This document shows, piece by piece, positions 1 to 9,879 of a DNA stretch of 64,000 nucleotides. Position 1 is the stretch's first letter. Each line of letters begins with the position of its first letter. The position numbers were made by a program, and so were the translations under genes. This DNA comes from Actinomycetota bacterium. GTDB taxonomy: Bacteria > Actinomycetota > Actinomycetes > S36-B12 > UBA5976. The stretch covers positions 16,160 through 80,159 of the forward strand of contig WLPX01000004.1 in the NCBI GenBank assembly GCA_009698575.1. The letters run 5' to 3'. The notes beneath the pieces were generated by a model. That model made no database searches and was not told the origin of the DNA. It saw only the letters and a program-made list of their open reading frames with translations.

Positions 1-1
1 T

Positions 2-370
2 GGAAAGACCATCGCCGTTCTAGGTTTAACTTTCAAGGCTGACACCGATGACACTCGTGAATCCCCGGCAATTGCAGTAATCGAAAGACTCATTGGTCGT
101 GGCGGTAAAGTCGTTGCCTTTGACCCAATGATCAACCAATATGAACTTTCCGGGTTAAGTGTTGTTACCTCGCCTGTTGTCGCGGCAACTGGAGCACACG
201 CACTCGTTGTTTTGACAGAGTGGGCTGAGTTTAAGGCGATTGATGCCAAGCAGATTATTGATGCAATGTCAGGCACAGTAGTAGTTGATACTCGAAATGT
301 ATTGAATCAAAAGATTTGGCAAGATGCTGGCGCTACCTTTCCAAATACCTCAGCTACGAAAGCTGTTTAA
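2..370 (+). CDS. ugd: UDP-glucose 6-dehydrogenase, C-terminal part (truncated by window start)
   Basis: Frame from base 2 reads GKTIAVLGLTFKADTDDTRESPAI...FDP...LVVLTEWAEF...VVDTRN, the typical C-terminal domain; the ORF-track 128..370 is its tail. Confidence 0.9.
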   Translation, partial: GKTIAVLGLTFKADTDDTRESPAIAVIERLIGRGGKVVAFDPMINQYELSGLSVVTSPVVAATGAHALVVLTEWAEFKAIDAKQIIDAMSGTVVVDTRNVLNQKIWQDAGATFPNTSATKAV

Positions 371-373
371 CTG

Positions 374-1315
374 ATGGCAAAAGTATTAGTTACCGGAGCG
401 GCCGGGTTCCTGGGTTCGCATTTGGTTGATTCGCTCTTGGCGGATGGGCACCAAGTGGTTGGCGTCGACAATTTCGCCACTGGAAACAACCGAAATCTTG
501 TGCACCTAGATGGATCTGATGGCTTTGACTTCGTTGAACAAGATATCTGTGACGGGCTCGACAGGCTAGCAAACCTTAAATTTGAACAGATATTTCATTT
601 AGCGAGTCCGGCTTCCCCACCGCAATACCTCGCGATGCCGCTTGAAACCATGCATGTAAATACTGCGGCGACTGAAATGTTGTTGCAGTATGCCAGTAAA
701 AATGGCGCTCGATTGTTGTTTGCCTCGACTTCGGAAGTTTATGGCGACCCACATGAGCATCCACAGTCGGAAAGTTATTGGGGCAATGTAAATCCAATTG
801 GCCCACGAAGCGTTTATGACGAAGCCAAGCGCTTTGGCGAAACTCTTGTGTCGCATTATCAACGCAACAAATTAGCCGATGCCGTAATCATTCGTATATT
901 TAATACTTACGGTCCACGTATGGATCCAGATGATGGTCGCGTTGTTTCCAGCTTTATTCGAGACGGCATTAAGGGTAGGCCGTTCCAAGTATTCGGAGAT
1001 GGTAAACAAACTCGCAGTTTTTGCTATGTCTCAGACTTGATTCGCGGGATTCGTGCCGCAATGGACAGCAAAATTACTGGGCCGGTAAATCTGGGTAACC
1101 CAAATGAATTCACTTTGCTCGAACTTGCAGCGCAAATCGGGAAAGTTCTGGAAATTGATCCAGACTTAGAGTTCAAAGAGTTACCAGTGGATGACCCAAA
1201 ACAACGTCAACCAGATATTTCCTACGCTAAGTCAGCACTTAATTGGGAGCCAACAGTGCAACTTACTGAAGGCTTGCAAGAAACTGCCAGTTGGATGAAA
1301 ACTCTACTTAACTAA
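374..1315 (+). CDS. UDP-glucuronate decarboxylase (UDP-xylose synthase-like extended SDR)
   Basis: [65 protein letters not shown] motifs; directly after ugd. Confidence 0.88.
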   Translation: MAKVLVTGAAGFLGSHLVDSLLADGHQVVGVDNFATGNNRNLVHLDGSDGFDFVEQDICDGLDRLANLKFEQIFHLASPASPPQYLAMPLETMHVNTAATEMLLQYASKNGARLLFASTSEVYGDPHEHPQSESYWGNVNPIGPRSVYDEAKRFGETLVSHYQRNKLADAVIIRIFNTYGPRMDPDDGRVVSSFIRDGIKGRPFQVFGDGKQTRSFCYVSDLIRGIRAAMDSKITGPVNLGNPNEFTLLELAAQIGKVLEIDPDLEFKELPVDDPKQRQPDISYAKSALNWEPTVQLTEGLQETASWMKTLLN

Positions 1316-1839
1316 CTGTCAGTAGCAAGATTTTTTAGCTGCGCTTTTAATGTATCGCCTTTGTCGATTGCAACCTGGCGCATATCTACCTGAAACTTCT
1401 CTAGCTTCTTTGCCAACTCAATTCCAAAGTTATCTCCGGAACTTGCAATAATCCGAGCGGCTAACAAGCCAGCATTTTTAGCATTTCCAATTCCAACGGT
1501 GGCAACGGGAACTCCAGCTGGCATTTGCACAATGGATAGTAATGAGTCCAATCCGGCTAACTGATTTAATGGCACGGGCACCCCGATTACTGGCAATGTC
1601 GTAATTGAAGCAACCATGCCTGGTAAGTGAGCTGCACCACCTGCGCCTGCAATAATAACTCGTAATCCGCTAGCGGCAGCTTGCTTGGCATACGAAACCA
1701 TATCTTCGGGCATGCGATGTGCCGAAACAACTTCTGTTTTAAAACTGATGCCAAGTTCATCCAGAATCTGGGCAGCAGGTGCCATGGTGTCCCAATCCGA
1801 ATCACTACCCATGATGATGCCAACTAATGCATTACTCAT
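1312..1839 (-). CDS. purE: N5-CAIR mutase
   Basis: [48 protein letters not shown]; ATG at 1839. Confidence 0.97.
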   Translation of the reverse strand: MSNALVGIIMGSDSDWDTMAPAAQILDELGISFKTEVVSAHRMPEDMVSYAKQAAASGLRVIIAGAGGAAHLPGMVASITTLPVIGVPVPLNQLAGLDSLLSIVQMPAGVPVATVGIGNAKNAGLLAARIIASSGDNFGIELAKKLEKFQVDMRQVAIDKGDTLKAQLKNLATDS

Positions 1840-2977
1840 CAATTACTCCCGTGAGGTAGTCGGCTGCATGCCAAGCGCGTTGCAGTAAGTCTTCAATGTT
1901 GCCACCTGTGGCATTCACATGGCCAATCTTGCGACCTGGTCGAACTTCTTTGCCATACAAATGCACCTTTATTCCAGGATCTCTCGCCATCACGTGCCGG
2001 AAAGCACTGTGTAAATCACCTAGATCTTTACCTAGCAAATTGACCATTACGGTCTGAGGTCCAGTTGGTGCTGGCGAACCAAGTGGCCAATCCAAAATGG
2101 CCCGCAAGTGATTTTCAAACTGACTAGTTACTGCCCCATCCATGGACCAATGGCCTGAGTTATGCGGACGCATCGCCAGTTCATTTACCAAAATCTCACT
2201 ACCAGTATCGAATAGTTCCACTGCCAGCATGCCTTGTACATCTAACAAATCTGCAATTCTGATGGCCATAGCTTGCGCGTTGGCAGCTCGCTCAGGATTC
2301 AGATCTGGACACGGCGCAATTACTTCGTGACAAATGCCATCTGTTTGCGTTGACTTTACGACTGGGTATGCCACACATTGACCATGTGGACTGCGAGCAA
2401 CTTGAGCAGCAAGTTCCCGTGTAAATGGCACTAGCTCCTCAGCCAAGACTCGATTGCCAGCGACAAGAATTTCATTTGTTATGCCAAGCGCTTCAGCAAG
2501 TGATTTCGCAACCCAAACGCCTTTGCCGTCATAACCACCGCGCGCCGTTTTTAGAATTAATGGCCAACCGACTTGCTCGCCAAATTCTGTTAAATCCGAT
2601 TCCGTTGATATCTCTTTCCACATCGGGCACGGAATTCCAGCTGCCGTTAGTGCGGTTCGCATTTCGATTTTGTCCTGGGCAAAACGCAGGGCATGTGGAC
2701 CCGGACGAACAGCAACTCCAAGATTTTGCAGCTCTTCAAGAAATTGCGTCGGTACATGTTCGTGATCGAATGTAACCACATCGCATTCCAATGCAAACGC
2801 TTTTAACGCTTCCCAATCTTCATGCGAGCCAACTATGGTGTCAGGTATTACTTGGGCCGCGCTGTCAGTTGCAGTTGCGGAAAGCGCGCGCAGATGTATT
2901 CCCAGGTTGATTGCTGCTGGTTGCATCATGCGGGCCAATTGACCACCGCCAATAACGCCAACTCGAGGAGTACTCAC
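1832..2977 (-). CDS. purK: N5-CAIR synthetase (ATP-grasp)
   Basis: [51 protein letters not shown]; adjacent to purE. Confidence 0.97.
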   Translation of the reverse strand: MSTPRVGVIGGGQLARMMQPAAINLGIHLRALSATATDSAAQVIPDTIVGSHEDWEALKAFALECDVVTFDHEHVPTQFLEELQNLGVAVRPGPHALRFAQDKIEMRTALTAAGIPCPMWKEISTESDLTEFGEQVGWPLILKTARGGYDGKGVWVAKSLAEALGITNEILVAGNRVLAEELVPFTRELAAQVARSPHGQCVAYPVVKSTQTDGICHEVIAPCPDLNPERAANAQAMAIRIADLLDVQGMLAVELFDTGSEILVNELAMRPHNSGHWSMDGAVTSQFENHLRAILDWPLGSPAPTGPQTVMVNLLGKDLGDLHSAFRHVMARDPGIKVHLYGKEVRPGRKIGHVNATGGNIEDLLQRAWHAADYLTGVIDE

Positions 2978-3000
2978 TGAACTAAGCCTAGTTGAGATAG

Positions 3001-3765
3001 TTACTTATTAAGTACGGTGATCAAAATTGTTAGAGCCGCCGGGGTGTTATTCACCATGTGTGCCACTATGGCGGCGCTGGTGCTACCAGTTCGTCGGCGA
3101 ACTTCACCAAATATCAATCCGATTGCAAACAGGATCACAAATCTCTTTGGTTCAAAGTGAAACAGCGAAAATACCAGCGCAGTAATTACGACTACCAAAT
3201 GCTCATTAATGTGTGCTTTAGTCAATGCGCCATAAAGCATGCCGCGAAAAGCAATCTCTTCAACTATTGGCGCCCCAAACATTGCCATTAAGACAAACAG
3301 CACAAGAACGATTCCCGTTTGATTTAAGCCCGCATCGCCAGCAGTTGAACTAAGTGGTCCGGTGAAACGTATAACTATTAATGCAACGAGGCTGGCAAGG
3401 ATTAGTGAGGCAATGCCAGCGACGAAACCAAGTCGCAAGTGTGTGGGCGGAGCCTGTAATCCAAAATCTAATTTGGGTCCATTGCCTTTGCGAATTGTTG
3501 CCAAGATTGGCCAACCAGCCATCACTAACCACGGTGCACTAAATGCAATTATCAATCCCCAACCATTCTGCGGATCGATACCTCTATTCATTAGCGCAAG
3601 TCCGAGTACCAGACTTAAGGCGCCGGCGCCAAGCAGCGCGATTAACGCATCGCCCATTCCCCATGTCGGGATTCTTAAATTTTCACCTCGTGCGAGCGCA
3701 CGCCGGAATGCCCACGGCGCCCCCGGAAAACCGGAAGCGCCGTCGGATGGAATTAAAGGATTCAT
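3001..3765 (-). CDS. CPBP (CAAX/Abi) family intramembrane metalloprotease
   Basis: Multiple hydrophobic helices; APIVEEIAFRG, FSLFHF, IVAHMVNN motifs. Confidence 0.88.
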   Translation of the reverse strand: MNPLIPSDGASGFPGAPWAFRRALARGENLRIPTWGMGDALIALLGAGALSLVLGLALMNRGIDPQNGWGLIIAFSAPWLVMAGWPILATIRKGNGPKLDFGLQAPPTHLRLGFVAGIASLILASLVALIVIRFTGPLSSTAGDAGLNQTGIVLVLFVLMAMFGAPIVEEIAFRGMLYGALTKAHINEHLVVVITALVFSLFHFEPKRFVILFAIGLIFGEVRRRTGSTSAAIVAHMVNNTPAALTILITVLNK

Positions 3766-3767
3766 TC

Positions 3768-5213
3768 CTAGTAACGATAGTGATCTGACTTGTAAGGACC
3801 GTCGACATCCACGCCGAGATAATCAGCCTGGGTCTTAGAAAGCTCAGTTAGCTTCACGCCAAGGGCCGAAAGGTGCAATCGGGCCACCTTTTCATCCAGA
3901 TGCTTAGGCAACACGTGCACGCCCAATTCGTATTCATCAATCTTGGTGAATAATTCGATCTGGGCCAAAACCTGGTTCGTGAAGGAGTTACTCATAACAA
4001 ACGATGGATGACCAGTTGCATTACCAAGGTTTAGTAAGCGACCTTCAGACAACATGATCACGCTGTGACCGTCTGGGAAGATCCATTCGTCAACCTGTGG
4101 CTTGATGTTGCGACGTTTGATACCTGGGTACTGTTGCAAACCAGCAATGTCTATTTCATTATCGAAGTGACCGATGTTGCCAACAATTGCTTGGTGCTTC
4201 ATCTGGGACATGTGTTCAACGCTGATGACATCTTTGTTGCCAGTTGCGGTGATGAAAATGTCAGCAGTTTCGATTACATCTTCGATTGGCAAGACTTGGT
4301 AACCATCCATCGCTGCCTGCAAAGCACAGATTGGATCAATTTCAGTAACGATCACGCGAGCGCCTTGGCCGCGAAGTGATTCAGCTGAACCTTTGCCGAC
4401 ATCGCCGTAACCACAAACCACCGCAACTTTGCCACCCATTAAAGTGTCAGTTGCGCGATTGATGCCATCGATCAAACTGTGGCGAGTGCCGTACTTGTTG
4501 TCGAATTTGGACTTGGTAACGGAATCATTGACGTTGATCGCAGGGAACATCAGAGTTCCGTCGCGGAACATGTCATAGAGACGAAGTACGCCAGTTGTGG
4601 TTTCTTCAGTTACGCCAATGATCTCGGATCCAACTGTGGTCCAACGCTTTGCATCTTCACCAAGAGAGCGTTGCAGTAGCGAAAGCACAACACCGTATTC
4701 CTCGGAGTCCGCGCCAGCAGGGTCTGGCACGAAGCCCGCTTTTTCAAATTCAGTTCCCTTGTGGATCAACATGGTGGCATCGCCGCCGTCATCAAGGATC
4801 ATGTTTGGACCAGATTGCCCTGGCCAACGAAGTGCTTGCTCAGTGCACCACCAGTATTCTTCGAGGGTTTCACCCTTCCAGGCATAAACCGGAACACCAC
4901 TAGGTGCATCGACGGTGCCGTTAGGGCCAACAGCTACTGCTGCAGCTGCGTGATCCTGAGTTGAGAAAATGTTGCAAGATACCCAGCGCACATCCGCGCC
5001 AAGTTCCACCAAAGTTTCGATCAAGACGGCGGTTTGGATTGTCATGTGAAGTGAACCCATGATGCGTGCGCCCTTGAGTGGCTTGGAGGCACCGAATTCA
5101 GTGCGCATTGCCATCAGACCAGGCATTTCATTTTCGGCTAAGCGAATTTCGTTGCGACCGTATTCAGCAAGTGAAAGATCGGCAACCTTGTAGTCATTAG
5201 GGCCAAGGGCCAT
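3768..5213 (-). CDS. ahcY: Adenosylhomocysteinase
   Basis: [59 protein letters not shown]; start placed at ATG 5213 behind GAGGAG rather than at 5273. Confidence 0.98.
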   Translation of the reverse strand: MALGPNDYKVADLSLAEYGRNEIRLAENEMPGLMAMRTEFGASKPLKGARIMGSLHMTIQTAVLIETLVELGADVRWVSCNIFSTQDHAAAAVAVGPNGTVDAPSGVPVYAWKGETLEEYWWCTEQALRWPGQSGPNMILDDGGDATMLIHKGTEFEKAGFVPDPAGADSEEYGVVLSLLQRSLGEDAKRWTTVGSEIIGVTEETTTGVLRLYDMFRDGTLMFPAINVNDSVTKSKFDNKYGTRHSLIDGINRATDTLMGGKVAVVCGYGDVGKGSAESLRGQGARVIVTEIDPICALQAAMDGYQVLPIEDVIETADIFITATGNKDVISVEHMSQMKHQAIVGNIGHFDNEIDIAGLQQYPGIKRRNIKPQVDEWIFPDGHSVIMLSEGRLLNLGNATGHPSFVMSNSFTNQVLAQIELFTKIDEYELGVHVLPKHLDEKVARLHLSALGVKLTELSKTQADYLGVDVDGPYKSDHYRY

Positions 5214-5382
5214 GGTGGTACTCCTCGTGAAAAGTGTGTGGTGGAATCTGTGACTGTGAGTCCGCAACGTCACGAGGCTTCGATGGCTAGCGGTAGAACT
5301 ATTGTGTCATAGATGCCTTTAAAGGGCCGCATTGGGATTGGTAGTGCCAGCTCAAAAAGGCTGAGTTCTGGCTTTTTTTGCA

Positions 5383-6006
5383 CTAGCCATTTCTGGCAAG
5401 AATTTGGATTGAAAGTGCCTCAATTGCTCGGGCATATTTAGAGAATCTAATTCTAGGAAACGGAAATTCATTACCTAAATAATCCAATGACGTTTCATTT
5501 GGAGCTTTAACTTCAACGGCTATGTTCTCATCTGGAACTACGAATCTACCCACACGCAGCGGCTCGCTTGAACGATAGGTGATGTTTGTATCAATAGTTA
5601 ATCGCACATCTTTGACTTGGAAATATTCCCGTAGGTATGAAACTTCAAGCACTGGTCTGATGTCGCCATACTGCAAATCAATTGCACCGAGTCTTCGTGT
5701 GCGATTCGCGTCTCTACACTTTTCAACCGTCTTGTATCGTCCCTCTACAGAAGAAATCTTTGTCTCCAAAAAGTGGTCACCAGAATCATGGTTGCATTCG
5801 CCATAGCATCGGATTCTTACCTTTTTTCGAGGCAAGCTACCCTCATTTGAATCGTGGTACATATGCAGACTCGAGGTATCGAAGTAAATAGAGTTGATAC
5901 GCCGGCGTGGATAAAGTGGCACCGCACCGTTACTGAATATCCAGTCCAGAATTACTGGCATCTGACTCTGAACTACCTGTAATTTCTGTTCGATTCGAAA
6001 ACTCAT
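5383..6006 (-). CDS. VTC/CYTH-like (polyphosphate polymerase domain) protein
   Basis: N-terminal RIEQK, INSIYFDT, RKKVRIRCY, FLETK, SYLREYF, RLTIDTNI, AVEVK, FSKYA motifs. Confidence 0.8.
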   Translation of the reverse strand: MSFRIEQKLQVVQSQMPVILDWIFSNGAVPLYPRRRINSIYFDTSSLHMYHDSNEGSLPRKKVRIRCYGECNHDSGDHFLETKISSVEGRYKTVEKCRDANRTRRLGAIDLQYGDIRPVLEVSYLREYFQVKDVRLTIDTNITYRSSEPLRVGRFVVPDENIAVEVKAPNETSLDYLGNEFPFPRIRFSKYARAIEALSIQILARNG

Positions 6007-8258
6007 TTACCCACACTTAGTTTTGAATAATCCTGAGTATCTATTGGTCTACCCAAGCAATCTAGTTGACCGATGTTAATCACAGCGCGGCCAAACTCTT
6101 GTTTTTTACGATAAGCAGAAATACAAGTTTGCGCCTGCGTAATTGAAACTGTTTCAGCAGTAAAGTCTGACCAGTCTTTTACGGCCACGCCTAATACTGC
6201 TTTGTCAACAACTACTTCTCTAAAGTTAACAACTGCGGTTTCACCAATCGATACACCTTTATCACCACAGTTTGTAAGCCTTACCTTCTCTGCGCGATAA
6301 TCGCCTGCTGATAGATCCAAGCAATCGTTTCCAGTATCCGAAACAATCAACTCAGCGATAGATACTTTTGAAAAATCCAAATCTAGGCCATCTTCTAAGG
6401 TATTTGAGATTTCCAGTCTTGGGACGTTTCCAGTCACTCGAATTAAGTTAAGCCCGTCTTCGCAAAGGGCAGAATCAACCTTGAAACTAACATCCACAAC
6501 TTTGGAATCAACAATGTTCACGCAACCAGTTAAGAGACGGTCATCAAAGCGATCTTCGGCGATCGGGGCCACGAGTCCTGGAGAGCCTGTGTAAGAAAAT
6601 GTCCAGCCAGTTAAATCTGCATTGGCAAGATATAGTCGACTACCAGCACTAAGCGCCGTTACGTCAATTGACTTTTGAGCCTCATCAATAACCACAGCTG
6701 ATTCGCCAGTAACTATGAATGAGTCTCCTGAAGCTAAGTAGTGAGTTGTGGCTGGAGACATTTCATCCTGATACGGCTCAAGTCCACCTCTATAGTTTTC
6801 TAAAGACCCGCCACCGTAAACAATTCTTGTTCCATTTTTTTCTAATTTGCCGGCAATCAAATCCTGGTAATCACCCATGCTCAGAACTGTCTCCGCGCAA
6901 ATCTTTAACTCAAAGTCACATTGCGTAACTTCATCTTGATTTTTTGCAAACATCAGAGCACGGTCTTTTGAATTTAGATCCGCAAAATTGTTTGCTTTCC
7001 AGGCAAATTCAGTTGGGGCAGCCACTTCAGTTAATGCGTAATCTGCCAACCGCTTCGCCAGGTCGTCAAGAATTACATTTAAATCTTCCTCAGAAATTGA
7101 AACGCCATAAGAGTTAAGAAGTTTGGCAAACTCGGCTCTATCTAAATTGTTCAGTCTGGTGATGACCCCAAAGGCACCTTGCTGTGATCCGTAACCAGCT
7201 GGAATAACCTCTCGGCTTGGGTCAAGGATTTTTGAATCGCCATCGTAATAGACAGGTTCTAGAGCATTTTTCATTGGGTCGAAGAAAAATCTTCTATTAT
7301 GTGTGATTAAACCGTGCTGAGCGTTCGTCGCATTCATCAAGGCTAAAAATTCATAATTCTTTTGTAGGTAGTCAGGGTTGTTATTTGCAATTAGTTCAGG
7401 AGTTAGATTTCTGGTTTCCCAATACGAGGCGTAGGCGGAATACAGCACATCCAATCCACGCTTTGCAATGGCAATACGGTTTTGGCTTTCACCCATCCAG
7501 GATGAATTTGTCATCTTGGGCACAATTATTCTTTGATCGTTACCCTCTGGTAGCTTCTTGTCTCTGCGATCATCCCAGAACATAGATTCATCTGATTCGA
7601 ACACTGGCGCTTCTCTGCGAAATTGAGACTCGAGCAATTCCTTTTCAAGATTCTCTTGGAACATATACTCAACAGGTACGCCATTCACTGTCACACTTAA
7701 TTGCGCTGTTCTAGGCGACAGTAAATCCATTTCGCGCATTAGCGCCGCTTGGACAATCTCATTGTCGCCACCACGAGTTTTTGGCAATAAAAGTTTGAAG
7801 TTCACTATCCCTGAAAAGTTTCCTTCATCCAACTGAACATCAATGCTGGCAATCGGTGTGCCATTTTTGATTGATAAGTGATCCCGCCAGTCTCCACTTA
7901 TTCGAATAGTGCCTTTGAATATGCATGGTGACCCATTTGGTGGTGTTACGTAAAATCGTGCTTTAAATTTCTTCTTAAACTCATCTGGGATCGTTGTTCC
8001 TGATGATGTCTTAGCAGCCACGATATTGGAAGACCATTTCCTGCTTTTTGGAATCTCAATTTCAATTTTGCTTTGTCGCAATTGCGCAATTGTGGAAATT
8101 GGGCCATTTGAATCCGTGCACAATGGTTCAATACTTCCAGGCACTGAAGCAACTTCGTATTCTTGTTCTGCTTCAACCTGTGAACCCGTGGCTAGAGTGC
8201 CAGCGCCAACGAGTAACGCGAGTGCGACTACCGCAACGACTGCCTGTCTGGATTTCAC
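6003..8258 (-). CDS. Exported CotH-like kinase-fold protein with C-terminal right-handed beta-helix
   Basis: N-terminal signal/anchor; SPRT..SVTVNG..YMFQE, HGLITHNRRFFFD..EPVYYDGD; C-terminal DGLDLDFS/NDCLDLS/GDKGVSIGE coils; GTGA and ATGA overlaps with neighbours. Confidence 0.65.
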   Translation of the reverse strand: MKSRQAVVAVVALALLVGAGTLATGSQVEAEQEYEVASVPGSIEPLCTDSNGPISTIAQLRQSKIEIEIPKSRKWSSNIVAAKTSSGTTIPDEFKKKFKARFYVTPPNGSPCIFKGTIRISGDWRDHLSIKNGTPIASIDVQLDEGNFSGIVNFKLLLPKTRGGDNEIVQAALMREMDLLSPRTAQLSVTVNGVPVEYMFQENLEKELLESQFRREAPVFESDESMFWDDRRDKKLPEGNDQRIIVPKMTNSSWMGESQNRIAIAKRGLDVLYSAYASYWETRNLTPELIANNNPDYLQKNYEFLALMNATNAQHGLITHNRRFFFDPMKNALEPVYYDGDSKILDPSREVIPAGYGSQQGAFGVITRLNNLDRAEFAKLLNSYGVSISEEDLNVILDDLAKRLADYALTEVAAPTEFAWKANNFADLNSKDRALMFAKNQDEVTQCDFELKICAETVLSMGDYQDLIAGKLEKNGTRIVYGGGSLENYRGGLEPYQDEMSPATTHYLASGDSFIVTGESAVVIDEAQKSIDVTALSAGSRLYLANADLTGWTFSYTGSPGLVAPIAEDRFDDRLLTGCVNIVDSKVVDVSFKVDSALCEDGLNLIRVTGNVPRLEISNTLEDGLDLDFSKVSIAELIVSDTGNDCLDLSAGDYRAEKVRLTNCGDKGVSIGETAVVNFREVVVDKAVLGVAVKDWSDFTAETVSITQAQTCISAYRKKQEFGRAVINIGQLDCLGRPIDTQDYSKLSVGK

Positions 8259-8878
8259 TGTGCTAGACGAAGCTCGATACGTTGAGCATCACTTGAGGCA
8301 CGAATGCGCGAAGCTATCTCTTCTAGCTCTTGACGCGAGCGAGATGCAATTCGGTAATCATGCTCCTGTGATGTCTCTAACCACGATGACATCACCAAGT
8401 CAGGATGCGCAGATAACTCAGGAATTTCAACTCGGGATGTAACTTCTAGGATATTTAGGGGCTCTCCCTCAGAAAATGAAACCGCGAATGTCTTAAATCC
8501 ACGCTTTGCTGCGAACTTTTGAAAAACGTCCACCGCAAAAATTGCAACCACAGCGTAAGCAGTTAGAAGAACTCCTAGACGAACATCAACAGTTAAAGTC
8601 ACTCCGACGGTTAGGAGCAAAAAGAAAACTACAAGCTCTAGCGGGCTTTTTACAGGGTGACGAAAACGCACAATAGAAAGTGCGCCAATCATGCCCAAAG
8701 ACAGAGCGATATTTCCTGAGATGGTTCTGGTGATCGCCATGCCAATAACCGGCAAAAGTAAATAGGTCATGGTGCTGTGGTACGTCGTTGCCCAGCGTTG
8801 ACCGACGGCGCCTAAGGCAAGTCTCATTACTAGACCCGAGGCGGCTGCAATTGCTACTAATTGGAGTGCGTTAACCAT
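8255..8878 (-). CDS. DUF4956 family membrane protein
   Basis: ISGNIALSLGMIGALSIVRFRHPVKSPLE signature, about 4 TM helices plus a small soluble C-terminal domain. Confidence 0.85.
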   Translation of the reverse strand: MVNALQLVAIAAASGLVMRLALGAVGQRWATTYHSTMTYLLLPVIGMAITRTISGNIALSLGMIGALSIVRFRHPVKSPLELVVFFLLLTVGVTLTVDVRLGVLLTAYAVVAIFAVDVFQKFAAKRGFKTFAVSFSEGEPLNILEVTSRVEIPELSAHPDLVMSSWLETSQEHDYRIASRSRQELEEIASRIRASSDAQRIELRLAQ

Positions 8879-8890
8879 GTGTTCACTTTA
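8879..8890 (-). promoter_or_regulatory. Putative -10 element (TAAAGT) for a leaderless DUF4956-CotH-VTC transcript
   Basis: Minus strand TAAAGT-gaacac-ATG(8878); no SD present. Confidence 0.55.
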
Positions 8891-8924
8891 CTGCAGAACG
8901 ATCGGGCTGTTGTGAATTTACAAA

Positions 8925-9845
8925 TTAAAGGGTTTTGCTACGATCCAGATCCGGCTCTAGGAACACATACTGCGCACTCGGTACTGCAATTCGCAGCAAC
9001 CGCTCGGCTTCGTCAATTCCACGCGCAATATCTGCGGCACTTTCATGATGCCTAATTGCAATCTTGGCGCCAACCAATAAGGCATCTGGTCCAACATGCA
9101 AAGTGCGAAGGTGAATTACTCGCTCGACTAGCGGCGCAGACTCAAGCGCAGCCTTAACTGCGTCATACTCCTCCGGCAGTGCACCTTCGCCAACTAACAT
9201 TCCTGACATTTCGCGTACCAAAATCAGTGCAATCACAATCAGCAATGATCCAATGGCCATCGCACCCATGCCATCCCAGCGACCATCTCCGGTTACTACC
9301 GCCAAGCTCACGCCAGTTAAAGCAAATACCAGACCGATAAGTGCACCAAAGTCTTCGAGCAAAATAACCGGAAGTTCTGGTTGGCGCGCATCCTTTACAA
9401 ACTTAGCGAAAGAGCGATTGCCGCGTACTTTATTGGTTTCGATAATTGCCGTGCGGAACGAAAAAGTCTCCAGCACAATAGCTACAGTCAAAACTGCTAT
9501 GGCAACACCAAAATCATGAACTGGCTCGGGGTGACTCCACTTTTGCCAACCTTCATAAAGTGAGTATGTTCCACCCACCATGAATAAAACTATGGCTACT
9601 AAAAAGCCATATACATATCGCACTCGACCATAACCAAATTGATAATGATCATCAGCTACACGCTTCGAGCGTTTGCCTCCAACAAGTAAAAGAACTTGAT
9701 TCAGTGAATCCGCAACTGAATGGATTGCTTCCGACAACATTGATGCTGACCCAGTAATTCCAAAGGCCACAAACTTGCTGATTGCAATTCCTGTGTTTGC
9801 CAACAGTGCTGCAATGACTGCTTTAGTACCACCTTCGGTACTCAT
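8925..9845 (-). CDS. Cation diffusion facilitator family transporter
   Basis: SMLSEAIHSVADSLNQ, YQFGYGR, ILLEDFGAL, DGMGAMAIG, C-terminal HLRTLHVGP; conserved upstream of ahcY in actinobacteria. Confidence 0.92.
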   Translation of the reverse strand: MSTEGGTKAVIAALLANTGIAISKFVAFGITGSASMLSEAIHSVADSLNQVLLLVGGKRSKRVADDHYQFGYGRVRYVYGFLVAIVLFMVGGTYSLYEGWQKWSHPEPVHDFGVAIAVLTVAIVLETFSFRTAIIETNKVRGNRSFAKFVKDARQPELPVILLEDFGALIGLVFALTGVSLAVVTGDGRWDGMGAMAIGSLLIVIALILVREMSGMLVGEGALPEEYDAVKAALESAPLVERVIHLRTLHVGPDALLVGAKIAIRHHESAADIARGIDEAERLLRIAVPSAQYVFLEPDLDRSKTL

Positions 9846-9879
9846 AAATTCATCCTTTAAGTAGTAATAATTTTGAAAC

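Noticed and set aside
5214-5273. 20-aa N-terminal extension of AhcY in the ORF track
   Set aside because: A strong GAGGAG precedes ATG 5213 and the extension has no AhcY-like character; treated as 5' UTR.
5214-5380. Canonical SAH or SAM-IV riboswitch upstream of ahcY
   Set aside because: The conserved cores are not present; only a non-canonical candidate is reported.
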